64,000 nt of DNA, from NCBI GenBank assembly GCA_965247095.1, contig OZ251997.1:1248001-1312000 (forward strand), in the 5' to 3' direction. Positions 10,921-19,895 of this stretch are shown here, piece by piece. Under the pieces are notes generated by a model. It did no database searches. It saw only the letters and a list, made by a program, of their open reading frames with translations, and was not told the DNA's origin. Position 1 is the first letter of the stretch. Each line of letters starts with the position of its first letter. The stretch comes from Candidatus Multivorans sp. GTDB taxonomy: Bacteria > Acidobacteriota > Thermoanaerobaculia > Multivoradales > Multivoraceae. The translations under genes and the position numbers were made by a program.

Positions 10921-11103
10921 ATGGCCCTCCTGCTTCTAACCATCACCGTCATCGCCGCTTGCGTGATCCTCATGTCGGTCGGCGTGCTGTTGAACGGCCG
11001 CTGCCTGCGCGGCTCCTGCGGCGGCCCGGACATCCTCGGACCCGACGGCGAGCCCCTCAGTTGCGCCAGTTGTCCCCTGCGACGTGCGCGGGAGGAAACC
11101 TGA
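10921..11103 (+). CDS. nqrM: Na+-NQR maturation factor NqrM-like
   Basis: One TM helix followed by the Cys motif CLRGSCGG...CASC; located after apbE. Confidence 0.8.
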   Translation: MALLLLTITVIAACVILMSVGVLLNGRCLRGSCGGPDILGPDGEPLSCASCPLRRAREET

Positions 11104-13292
11104 TCGTCACCGAGGGTGGTCCCGAGCGCCCGATCCAGATCACCCACGACGGCGAAGCGCAACCGTTCTCCCGTGGGCTGCTTGCGCGCAGCCTCTACGC
11201 GGCCGGACTCGACTTCGACCGGGCCTACCGCCGGGTGGAGCAACTGCAGCGACAGTTGCAGCGGGAAGGCACGACCAGCCTTGAGAAGCAGCACCTCGCG
11301 CAGAGGATCGCCGAACTTCTGGAAGCGGAAGAGGGCGCGGACACCGCTTCACGCTACCGGCTGATCCGTCGCCTGCGCCGGCTGCCGAAACCCCTGATCC
11401 TCTATATCGGCGGCGGCGCCGGCACGGGCAAGTCCACCCTGGCGCTCGATCTGGCGCCGCAACTGCGCATCTACCGGATCAACGCCACCGACACCGTGCG
11501 TCAGGTGATGCGGATGGTGTTTTCGCCGGCGATCCTGCCGGCACTCCACGTCTCGAGTTATGAGACCCCCGCCGATTCTGCGAGCGAGTTCGCTACCGCC
11601 GGCGGCAACACACAGGTAGCGACCCTGGAAGAGCAGGCCACCAGGGTGTGCGTCGGCGTCCGGGCGGTGGTCGAACGGGCGATTGCCGAGAACCTCAGTC
11701 TGGTCGTCGAGGGCGTCCACCTCCTGCCCGGTCTGGTTCCGTTCACCGACCTCGATGGCGAGGCCTACCAGTTCTTCACCGTGCTCTCGACCCCTGACGA
11801 GGAAGTGCACCGCAGCCACTTCCTCGCGCGCGAGTCCTTTGCCGGCAGAAGGCCGAACCGGCAGCTCGACCACTTCCGGGTCATCCGTGAACAGCAGAGC
11901 CACCTGTTGCGACTGGCTCGGGAATCGGGGATCCCGATCCTCGACACGACGGACCGGGAGGAGTTGCTTCCGACCGCCATCGCCCTGCTCGGGCAGAGCC
12001 TGTCCCAGCGACTGCCCTGGCTCACCCAGGCGTCGATGCGGTTGCTGAGCGAGCGCCGTACCCCGGCTTTCCTGCTGGTGATCGACGGTCTTCCCGACCG
12101 GCCGCTGCGCTCGCTCGGGGCGCGGACGCCGCTGGAAGCCGCGCGAACGCCTACGCTCGACCGGCTGGCCCGGGAAGGCGCCTGCGGTCTGGCCGACCCG
12201 ATAGCGCCCGGCGTGGTTCCGGATACGGCATCGGGAAACCTCGCCCTGTTCGCCCAGTCGCCGAGGGTGATGACCCGAGGACCCATCGAGGCACTGGGCG
12301 CCGGCCTCAAGCTGAAGACCGGAACGATCGCCATCCGCGGCAATTTCGCCACCCTCGACGAGCGCGGTTTTGTCGTCGACCGCCGGGCCGGCCGCATTCG
12401 CGAAGGGGCCAAGATACTCGCCAAGGCACTCGACCGTCTGGAACTTCCCGCCTCGGACCCGGTCAAGGTCCGCGTGCGGGCCACGACGGAGCATCGACTC
12501 GCGATCACTCTGCGCGGAGAAGGTCTCACGTCGGCCATCGAAGGCTCCGATCCGGGCGACGGCGCACCCTCTGGACGACCGCTGGCGCCGAGGCCTGTCG
12601 ATCCGAACGACGACAGCGCCGAGCGCACTGCACGCGTCCTGGCCCTGTTCGAGCAGGAGGCGCGGCGAGTGCTGGCGCGGCATCCGGTGAACGAGGAACG
12701 GCGTGAGAACGGCGAACTGCCGGCGAACGCGGTCCTGACTCGAGGAGTGGGCCGGGTCCACCGGCTTCTGCCCCTGGAGCCGGGCGGTCTGCCGCTCAGC
12801 GCGGCCTGCATCGGCGGCGACCGGACGGTGATGGGCATCGCCTCGGCACTCGGCGCCTCCGTCATCCGCCGTCGCGGCATGACCGCGAACGTGGACACGG
12901 ACTTAGGCCTCAAGTTCGATAGCGCCGCCGAAGCGCTCAAGGAGCACGACCTGGTCATCGTTCACGTGAAGGGCGCCGACATCGCCGCTCACGATCGCCG
13001 CCCCGATCTGAAGGTCGCCTTCCTCGAGCGCCTCGACCGCGAACTCGGCGCCCTGATCGAGAGGCTGAAACAGCCGATCCGTGTCGCCGTGACGGCCGAC
13101 CACGCCACCCTGTCCGAGGTCGGCGCCCATGGCGCCGATCCGGTGCCGGTGCTGATCTGGGGCGACGGGATCGCACCCGATGCGGTGACCAGCTACGGCG
13201 AGCGTGCCGCCAGCACCGGCAGGCTGAACCGGTTCCCGCTCCAGCTCCTGGTGGAGCGGCTGTTTGAGCAGTACGGCGACGAGGCGTCCTGA
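11100..13292 (+). CDS. Fusion: archaeal-type 2-phosphoglycerate kinase (ATP-cone-like + P-loop) and ApgM-type cofactor-independent phosphoglycerate mutase
   Basis: N-half: PFSRGLLARSL, YIGGGAGTGKST, TDTVRQVMR, LHVSSY, VVEGVHLLPG. C-half: LVIDGLPDRP, TPLEAARTPTLD, RGNFAT, HVKGADIAAHD, TADH. Start appears non-canonical (CTG 11100 or ATC 11103). Confidence 0.8.
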   Translation: MIVTEGGPERPIQITHDGEAQPFSRGLLARSLYAAGLDFDRAYRRVEQLQRQLQREGTTSLEKQHLAQRIAELLEAEEGADTASRYRLIRRLRRLPKPLILYIGGGAGTGKSTLALDLAPQLRIYRINATDTVRQVMRMVFSPAILPALHVSSYETPADSASEFATAGGNTQVATLEEQATRVCVGVRAVVERAIAENLSLVVEGVHLLPGLVPFTDLDGEAYQFFTVLSTPDEEVHRSHFLARESFAGRRPNRQLDHFRVIREQQSHLLRLARESGIPILDTTDREELLPTAIALLGQSLSQRLPWLTQASMRLLSERRTPAFLLVIDGLPDRPLRSLGARTPLEAARTPTLDRLAREGACGLADPIAPGVVPDTASGNLALFAQSPRVMTRGPIEALGAGLKLKTGTIAIRGNFATLDERGFVVDRRAGRIREGAKILAKALDRLELPASDPVKVRVRATTEHRLAITLRGEGLTSAIEGSDPGDGAPSGRPLAPRPVDPNDDSAERTARVLALFEQEARRVLARHPVNEERRENGELPANAVLTRGVGRVHRLLPLEPGGLPLSAACIGGDRTVMGIASALGASVIRRRGMTANVDTDLGLKFDSAAEALKEHDLVIVHVKGADIAAHDRRPDLKVAFLERLDRELGALIERLKQPIRVAVTADHATLSEVGAHGADPVPVLIWGDGIAPDAVTSYGERAASTGRLNRFPLQLLVERLFEQYGDEAS

Positions 13293-13293
13293 A

Positions 13294-13803
13294 TTGGCGA
13301 AGAAGATCGAGCGCCCCGTCCAGCGACGCGCTGACCTGGCCGGCGGCCGGGGCTTCGCCTGTGTCGCGCTGGACCGGCCCGCCGATCCAGTGAACGTCGG
13401 CCACGTCCTGCGCGCGGCGCTCTGCTTCCAGGCCCGCATGATCATCCTGAGCCAGCCCTCGGGAGACATCGACATCCGCCGGCTACCGACGGATCCCACC
13501 CGGGCCTACCGGCACGTGCCGGTGATCGAGGTCGAGGATCTGATCGAAGCGACCCCTCGCGACACGGCTCTGGTTGCAGTCGAGATCGTGCCGGACGCCA
13601 TCGCACTTCCCGACTTCGTACACCCCGAGCGGGCCTGCTACGTCTTCGGACCGGAGAGTGGCGCGGTTTCCGACCGCATCCTAAAACGGAGCGACCACCG
13701 GATCCGGGTTCCGACTGCCGTGTCGCTGAATCTCGGCATGACGGTCGGCGTCGTGCTCTACGACCGCTGCGCCGACCGCTGGCGCCGGAACGGCGAAGCA
13801 TAA
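13294..13803 (+). CDS. SpoU/TrmH-family RNA 2'-O-methyltransferase
   Basis: DPVNVGHVLRAA, YVFGPESG and SLNL SPOUT motifs; TTG start next to the upstream stop. Confidence 0.85.
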   Translation: MAKKIERPVQRRADLAGGRGFACVALDRPADPVNVGHVLRAALCFQARMIILSQPSGDIDIRRLPTDPTRAYRHVPVIEVEDLIEATPRDTALVAVEIVPDAIALPDFVHPERACYVFGPESGAVSDRILKRSDHRIRVPTAVSLNLGMTVGVVLYDRCADRWRRNGEA

Positions 13804-13804
13804 G

Positions 13805-14497
13805 TCAGTTCTCGGACGACGACGCAGCCGGCTCGGCAAACAGAGACAGCAGCGGAAGCCCGAGACGCTCGCGCACGGAGCGGCGCACCAGGCGCTGCCT
13901 GAGCTCCGGCAACCGGTCCTCGTCCACTCTTCCGGCCATCCGAGCCAGCGCCTCGCCGGCGCCCGCCACGACGGCTTCGCGGTCCGCCGGCGCCAGGGAC
14001 TCGAACGCCTGCGCCAAAAGTTCGATATCCAACTCGGCCAGCCGGGCTTCGACGTCGGGGGCCGGACCGCTCAGCCCGAGCAGCCTGCTCTGCCAGACGT
14101 CGCCACCTTCCAACGTCGCCGGTAGCGCGGACGCCAAGGCCGCAAGCCGCGCCGGCACATCGATCGCGGCCGGCCGCCGGCGCACCGGCGGTACCGCCCC
14201 CAACTCCCGGTAAACCGCCCATGCCTTCTCCACCGCCGCCCGGCAGTACCGCAAACTGCTCACCCGTCTCTTCGGCGCCTCCGGCGAGGCGGCCGCCCGC
14301 TCGGCCCGGCGCGCGAACACTTCGCGGATGCTCTCGAGGACCAACGAGAGCGGCACGCCCTCCAGCCGCCACTGCTGCGCCAAGCGCCAGTCGGCGGGAC
14401 TCAACAGCAACGGCGCTCCACGCAGCCGGATGAACTCTTCCTCGATCGCCTCGAAGTAGTCGCGGTCCCCGCTCTCAGGATCCGCTCCCGGGGTCAC
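13805..14497 (-). CDS. Conserved hypothetical protein, N-terminus resembles a DnaD/DnaB_2-like helical domain
   Basis: YFEAIEEEFIRLRGAPLLLSPADW...W...GVPL...SSLRYC; GTGA overlap with birA. Confidence 0.55.
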   Translation of the reverse strand: MTPGADPESGDRDYFEAIEEEFIRLRGAPLLLSPADWRLAQQWRLEGVPLSLVLESIREVFARRAERAAASPEAPKRRVSSLRYCRAAVEKAWAVYRELGAVPPVRRRPAAIDVPARLAALASALPATLEGGDVWQSRLLGLSGPAPDVEARLAELDIELLAQAFESLAPADREAVVAGAGEALARMAGRVDEDRLPELRQRLVRRSVRERLGLPLLSLFAEPAASSSEN

Positions 14498-15312
14498 GCC
14501 TCGATGACCTCGCCCGAGGCGATCGTGCGCAGACCGGCCGCCGTCTCGAGGCGAAAGCGGCCGCCGTCATCGAAGCCCGCGAAACGGCCGGAGAGCGTCT
14601 CGCCGCCGATCCGGCAGCTCACCTCGTCGCCCTCGCGATGGACGCTGCAGGGGCGGTAGGCATCCAGTGCGTACACGGGGTCTCCGGCGTGGCTCAGCTC
14701 GCGTTCCAGCGAGGTCGCGAGCCGTTCGACGACGGCCGCCCGCGAAGGCACGCGCTCGGTCTCGAGCGCGAGCGATGTCGAGACCGGCGTCGGCAGTTCG
14801 CCCCCGGCGCCGAAGTCGTAGTTCACGCCGAAACCAATCACGGCGACCATGCCGCCTTCTCGGCCGACGACCGTCTCGATCAGGATCCCCGCGATCTTGC
14901 GGCCGCCCACGAGCACGTCGTTGGGCCACTTCAGGCCCGCTCGGCCGCCTGTGAAGCCCGCCAACGCGCGGCACACCCCGACTCCGGCCAGCAGCGGCAG
15001 CGCACCGAGCTGATCCTCCACCGGGCCCGCCCCCGCGATCGGCAGCGGCTGCAGCCAGGTGCAGTAGAGACCGCGTCCCGCGGTGCTGACCCAGGAACGA
15101 CCCTGTCGACCCCGGCCCGCGGTCTGCTCAAAGGCCACCACCAGCGCCGTCTGGGGCGTGGATTCCTCCTCCAAAAACCGTTCGGCCAGAGCCTTGACGA
15201 AACGGTTCGTCGAGTCGACCGTGTCCATCAACACCAGGTTGTCCGGCAGGCGCCGCGAACGGGACCGAAGTTCCCCGACAAATTGGTCGAAATCGTTGGA
15301 GCGGTCCGCCAT
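14494..15312 (-). CDS. birA: Biotin--protein ligase (no HTH domain)
   Basis: VDSTN, QTAGRGRQGRSW, KWPNDV, KIAGIL. Confidence 0.93.
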   Translation of the reverse strand: MADRSNDFDQFVGELRSRSRRLPDNLVLMDTVDSTNRFVKALAERFLEEESTPQTALVVAFEQTAGRGRQGRSWVSTAGRGLYCTWLQPLPIAGAGPVEDQLGALPLLAGVGVCRALAGFTGGRAGLKWPNDVLVGGRKIAGILIETVVGREGGMVAVIGFGVNYDFGAGGELPTPVSTSLALETERVPSRAAVVERLATSLERELSHAGDPVYALDAYRPCSVHREGDEVSCRIGGETLSGRFAGFDDGGRFRLETAAGLRTIASGEVIEA

Positions 15313-15345
15313 TGGGGCGGGAAGCCTAACCGAGTCGGCGCCGGC

Positions 15346-18063
15346 TCAGTGCGCCAGGATCTCGCTCACCCGGTTGCGCTGCTCCTCCAGTTCGGCGAGA
15401 CGGGCGCGGTTGCCCTCGACAACGTGGGCTGGCGCCTTTTCGAGAAACGCGGCGTTCGAGAGACGGCCCTCGGCGCCGGCGATCTCGGCGTCGATCTTTT
15501 CCAGCTCCTTGGTGAGCTTCGTCCGTTCGGCCTCGCTCATCGCGGGGGCTTCGACCTCGAATGCCAGGTTCAGGCCCCCCGCCCGGTCCCGGACCGACCC
15601 GGCCGGACCCTGGCCCGCGCTCACCTGGCTGACGCCGGCGACGGCGCCAAGGAGGGACGCCTGCTCGACGACGAAGGCGATCAGGTCCGTGTCGCCGTCC
15701 TCGACGAAGACCGCCATCTTCGCGGCGCCGGTGAGGTTCCGTTCGCGGCGTAGACTCCGGGTGGTCTGGACCACGGCGACCAGAACGTCCATGCCCCGCT
15801 CGATCTCATTCGAGACAAGGTCGTCGTCGCCCAGCGGGTAGGCCGCAACAGCGATGCTCCGGGGTCCGGCGGACTCCGGCGCCGCCCCTCGCGGCAGGCG
15901 CTGCCAGAGCTCCTCGGTCAGGTGCGGCATCACGGGGTGCAGCAGTCGGAGACTGGCGTCGATCGTGTAGAGGAGGGTCTCGGCGACCCGCGGGCGCGCA
16001 GCGACGCCGGAGAGGGCGGGCTTGGCGAACTCGATGTACCAGTCGCAGAGTTCGTGCCAGAAGAAGTGGTAGAGCGCGTTGCAGGCGCGGTCGAAACGAA
16101 ACTCTGCCAGGGCCGCGTTGACCGCGACCGCGGTCGCCGACAGGCGCGAAAGGATCCACCGCTCCGGAGCGGCCAGGTCGCTACCCAGCAACTCGGCAAC
16201 CGACGCCGGAGTACTGGCGCCCCCGGTGCGCGCCAGGGCGAAGCGGACCGCGTTCCAGATCTTGTTGCCGAAGGCGCGGTACCCCGCCATGCGCTCCAGG
16301 TCGAGCGGGATGTCGCGTCCCGGCACGTCCAGCACCGCCAGAGTGAAACGCATCGCGTCAGCGCCGTACTCCTTCACCAGGTCCATCGGATCGACCGTGT
16401 TGCCCTTGGTCTTCGACATCTTCTCGCCGTGCGCATCCCGCACCAGACCGGTCAGATGGACGGTGCCGAACGGGATATCGCCGTAGAAGTGATTGGAGAG
16501 CATGACCATCCGCGCCACCCAGAAGAACAGGATGTCGTGGCCGGTGATCAGGACGTCCGTCGGGTACCAGGTTCGCAAGTCCGGCGCGTCCTCGTCGGGC
16601 CAACCGAGAGTCGAGATCGGCCACAGCCCGGACGAGAACCAGGTGTCCAGCACGTCGGGGTCGCGGGTCAGTTCGGCCGTGCCGGCCAGTTCCTCGGCCT
16701 CCCCACGGTTCATCGCCACGTAGCAAGCCCCGTCCTCGTCGTACCAAGCCGGAATACGGTGTCCCCACCAGAGTTGGCGGGAGATGACCCACGGCCGGAT
16801 GTTCGTAAGCCAGTGCTCCCAGGTCTTGTCAAAGGAGTTCGGGATCAGCTCGAGGCGCCCGTCGGAGGCCGCGGCCAGCGCCTCCTTCGCCATGCCGGAA
16901 ACGTCGGCGAACCACTGGGGCGACAGCATCGGCTCGATCGGTTCGCCGCTCCGTTGCGAATGTCCCACGCTGTGGACGTGCCGCTCGGTCTTGACGAGGC
17001 GCCCCTCCGCCTTAAGACGCTCGACGACGCGGCGGCGGGCCTCGAAGCGGTCCAGACCTTCGAAGTCGGCGCCCGCCTCGGCCGTCATCCGGCCGTCCAG
17101 GCCGATCACCCGCAGCCCGGGCAGATCATGCCTCTGCGCGATCTCGTAGTCGTTCGGGTCGTGGAACGGGGTGACCTTGACCAGTCCGGTGCCGAACTCC
17201 GGGTCGACGTACTCGTCGGCGACCAGCCGCAGGCGCCGGCCGAGAATCGGCAGCCGCGCGAAACGCCCCGCAAGGTGACGGTAGCGCTCGTCCTCGGGGT
17301 GGAAGGCGACCGCGGTGTCGCCTAATACGGTCTCGGGACGGGTGGTCGCGACGATCAGCGGTTCCTCGCCGGCGTCGCCGCTTCCCTCGTCCGGCTCCAA
17401 CGCATAGGCCAGGTGGTAGAGCGCGCCCTCGACCTCGCGGTTCTCGACTTCCAGGTCGGACACCGCGGTCCGCAGCACAGGGGACCAATTGACCATGTAC
17501 TCGCCCCGGTAGATCAGGCCCTCACGGTAGAGCCCGACGAAGGCCGTGCGGACCGCCCGCGCCAGCCCCTCGTCCAGGGTGAACCGCTCCCGGGACCAGT
17601 CGCAGGAGGCGCCCAAGCGCTGCAACTGTCGCTTGATGTTCGCGTGGTACTCGTCCTTCCACCGCCACACCCGCTCGAGGAACTTCTCCCGCCCGAGTTC
17701 GAGCCGGCTCGTACCCTCCTGCTCGAGTTGCCGTTCGACCATGAGCTGGGTCGCGATACCGGCATGGTCGGTGCCTGGAAGCCACAGGGCGTTGTCGCCT
17801 CGCATCCGGCGCCAGCGGGTGACCAGATCCTGCAGGGTGCTCTGGAGGGCGTGCCCCATGTGCAGCTTGCCGGTCACGTTCGGCGGCGGGATCAGGATGC
17901 AGTAGGGAGTCCGTCCCCCGCCTTCCGGATCCTGCGGACAACGGAACAGTTCCTGCTCCTCCCACCACGCCTGCCACCTGCTCTCGTAAGAGGCGGGGTC
18001 GAAGCGCTTGTCCATCGCCGCGCCCGCCGCTCGGGCGCCGGCCGCAGCCTCGTTGTCCGCCAT
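15346..18063 (-). CDS. valS: Valine--tRNA ligase
   Basis: PPPNVTGKLHMGH, DHAGIATQ, SRQLWWGH, DVLDTWFSS, KMSKT; start could be 18063 or 18015. Confidence 0.97.
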   Translation of the reverse strand: MADNEAAAGARAAGAAMDKRFDPASYESRWQAWWEEQELFRCPQDPEGGGRTPYCILIPPPNVTGKLHMGHALQSTLQDLVTRWRRMRGDNALWLPGTDHAGIATQLMVERQLEQEGTSRLELGREKFLERVWRWKDEYHANIKRQLQRLGASCDWSRERFTLDEGLARAVRTAFVGLYREGLIYRGEYMVNWSPVLRTAVSDLEVENREVEGALYHLAYALEPDEGSGDAGEEPLIVATTRPETVLGDTAVAFHPEDERYRHLAGRFARLPILGRRLRLVADEYVDPEFGTGLVKVTPFHDPNDYEIAQRHDLPGLRVIGLDGRMTAEAGADFEGLDRFEARRRVVERLKAEGRLVKTERHVHSVGHSQRSGEPIEPMLSPQWFADVSGMAKEALAAASDGRLELIPNSFDKTWEHWLTNIRPWVISRQLWWGHRIPAWYDEDGACYVAMNRGEAEELAGTAELTRDPDVLDTWFSSGLWPISTLGWPDEDAPDLRTWYPTDVLITGHDILFFWVARMVMLSNHFYGDIPFGTVHLTGLVRDAHGEKMSKTKGNTVDPMDLVKEYGADAMRFTLAVLDVPGRDIPLDLERMAGYRAFGNKIWNAVRFALARTGGASTPASVAELLGSDLAAPERWILSRLSATAVAVNAALAEFRFDRACNALYHFFWHELCDWYIEFAKPALSGVAARPRVAETLLYTIDASLRLLHPVMPHLTEELWQRLPRGAAPESAGPRSIAVAAYPLGDDDLVSNEIERGMDVLVAVVQTTRSLRRERNLTGAAKMAVFVEDGDTDLIAFVVEQASLLGAVAGVSQVSAGQGPAGSVRDRAGGLNLAFEVEAPAMSEAERTKLTKELEKIDAEIAGAEGRLSNAAFLEKAPAHVVEGNRARLAELEEQRNRVSEILAH

Positions 18064-18118
18064 CAGTCGCCGGCCCCGAGGGCCCTGCCCGCGGTTTCGT
18101 CCGCTAACCACAGTGTCT

Positions 18119-18538
18119 TCATTGCGACCCGAGGCGCCGGTTCAGGTACTCGATGATCGCGGCAGTGCTGGAGCCCGGGGGAAAGACCTCGTCCACGCCG
18201 GCAGCCTTGAGCCCTTCGATATCCATCTCCGGGACGATGCCGCCGGCGAACACCAGCACGTCGCCGGCGTCCGCGGCGCGCAGCCCCTCGACCACTTCGG
18301 GGAGGAGGGTGTTGTGGGCGCCGGAAAGGATGGACAGGCCGACGGCCCGGACGTCCTCCTGCACGGCGGCCGAGACGATTTGCTCGGGCGTCTTGCGCAA
18401 CCCGGTGTAGATCACCTCGAAGCCGGCGTCGCGCAGCGCCCGCGCCACGACCTTGGCGCCACGGTCGTGACCGTCAAGCCCGGGCTTGGCGACCACAATC
18501 CGGTGCGGCGTCGCCGCGCCGGGTCGCGCCGGGCTCAA
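18119..18538 (-). CDS. Cobalamin-binding small subunit of an acyl-CoA mutase (methylmalonyl-CoA mutase C-terminal domain)
   Basis: [29 protein letters not shown]; TTG start overlapping the upstream TGA, GGAGG upstream. Confidence 0.9.
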   Translation of the reverse strand: MSPARPGAATPHRIVVAKPGLDGHDRGAKVVARALRDAGFEVIYTGLRKTPEQIVSAAVQEDVRAVGLSILSGAHNTLLPEVVEGLRAADAGDVLVFAGGIVPEMDIEGLKAAGVDEVFPPGSSTAAIIEYLNRRLGSQ

Positions 18539-19890
18539 GGCGAGTCCTCCCGGCGCAGGCCGTGCTGGTCCATCTTCTTGTACAGGTTGCTTCTCGGGGT
18601 TCCGATCGCCTTGGCGGTCCGGGTCACGTTCCAGGCATGCTCCTCGAGTTTCTTCGCCAGGTAGAGACGTTCCGCGGTATCCCTGCACTCCCGCAGGGTC
18701 GCCACCGCGAGAATAGCCTCCGACAGCTCCCCGCGCTCCGGACCGGCGAGCCGGAGAACGTCTCCGCGGTCGATCTCGTCACCCGGCGTGAGGATCAGCA
18801 GACGCTCCACCAGGTTCTTCAGCTCACGGACGTTGCCCCGCCACGGCATCGCCTGCAACTGCCGGGTCGCCTCCCCGGTCAGGGTCTTCGGCCGGTAGTT
18901 GTTCTCCACGCCAAAGCGCTCGATGAAGTGGTCGACCAGGAGCGGCAGGTCGTCCAGGCGCTCCCGCAGCGGCGGCACGTACACCGGGACCACGTTCAGC
19001 CGGTAGAAGAGATCCTCACGGAAACGGCCCGCCTCGATCTCCGCCACCAGATCCCGGTGGGTCGCTGCCACCACCCGGACATCGACGGTCACGGTCGTGC
19101 GGGCGCCGACCGGCTCGATCTCGCCGCTCTGCAGCGCCCTCAGCACCTTCGCCTGGGTGCGGGCGGACATGTCCCCCACCTCGTCCAGGAAGATCGTGCC
19201 GCCATCGGCGGCCGTGAACTTGCCGATCTGGCGGCCTACGGCGCCGGTAAAGGCGCCCTTCTCGTGGCCGAACAGCTCGGACTCGATCAGTTCGTCGGGA
19301 ATCGCGGCGCAGTTGACCTGCACGAGCGGCATTTCGCTGCGCGGGCTGCCAGAGTGAATGGCGCGCGCCACCAACTCCTTGCCGACACCGCTCTCGCCGG
19401 TGATCAGCACGGTGGCCGGGGTCGGCGCAGCGCGCTCGATCGTGGCCCGAAGCTCCTGCATCGGGGCGGACTCGCCCACCAACTCGAACGGCGCGCCACG
19501 CAACAGGCGGTTCTCGTCCTCGAGCCGCTGGAACTCGACGGCGTTGCGAAGGGCCAGCAGCACGCGGTCCCGTTCGAGCGGCTTCTCGAGGAAGTCGTAG
19601 GCCCCCAGCCGGATCGCCTCGACCGCGGCAGCGATGTCCCCATGGCCGCTGATCATCACAACCGGCATGTCGTGGCCGCGCTCCCGGAGACTCGAGAGCG
19701 TGGCCAGACCGTCGATTTCGGGCATCTTGATGTCGAGCAGAACGGCCGCCGGAGGCCTGGTCATCACCCGTCGCAGCGCCTCCCTCCCGGTCGACGCCTC
19801 CTCGACCCGGTAGTGCTCAAACTCGAGGATCATCCGCAACGAGCTTCGGATCGACTCCTCGTCGTCGACCACGAGCACCCGAGGGCCCAT
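18535..19890 (-). CDS. Sigma54-dependent NtrC/NtrX-type response regulator
   Basis: Receiver [36 protein letters not shown]-terminal Fis HTH. Confidence 0.93.
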   Translation of the reverse strand: MGPRVLVVDDEESIRSSLRMILEFEHYRVEEASTGREALRRVMTRPPAAVLLDIKMPEIDGLATLSSLRERGHDMPVVMISGHGDIAAAVEAIRLGAYDFLEKPLERDRVLLALRNAVEFQRLEDENRLLRGAPFELVGESAPMQELRATIERAAPTPATVLITGESGVGKELVARAIHSGSPRSEMPLVQVNCAAIPDELIESELFGHEKGAFTGAVGRQIGKFTAADGGTIFLDEVGDMSARTQAKVLRALQSGEIEPVGARTTVTVDVRVVAATHRDLVAEIEAGRFREDLFYRLNVVPVYVPPLRERLDDLPLLVDHFIERFGVENNYRPKTLTGEATRQLQAMPWRGNVRELKNLVERLLILTPGDEIDRGDVLRLAGPERGELSEAILAVATLRECRDTAERLYLAKKLEEHAWNVTRTAKAIGTPRSNLYKKMDQHGLRREDSP

Positions 19891-19895
19891 GGGGG

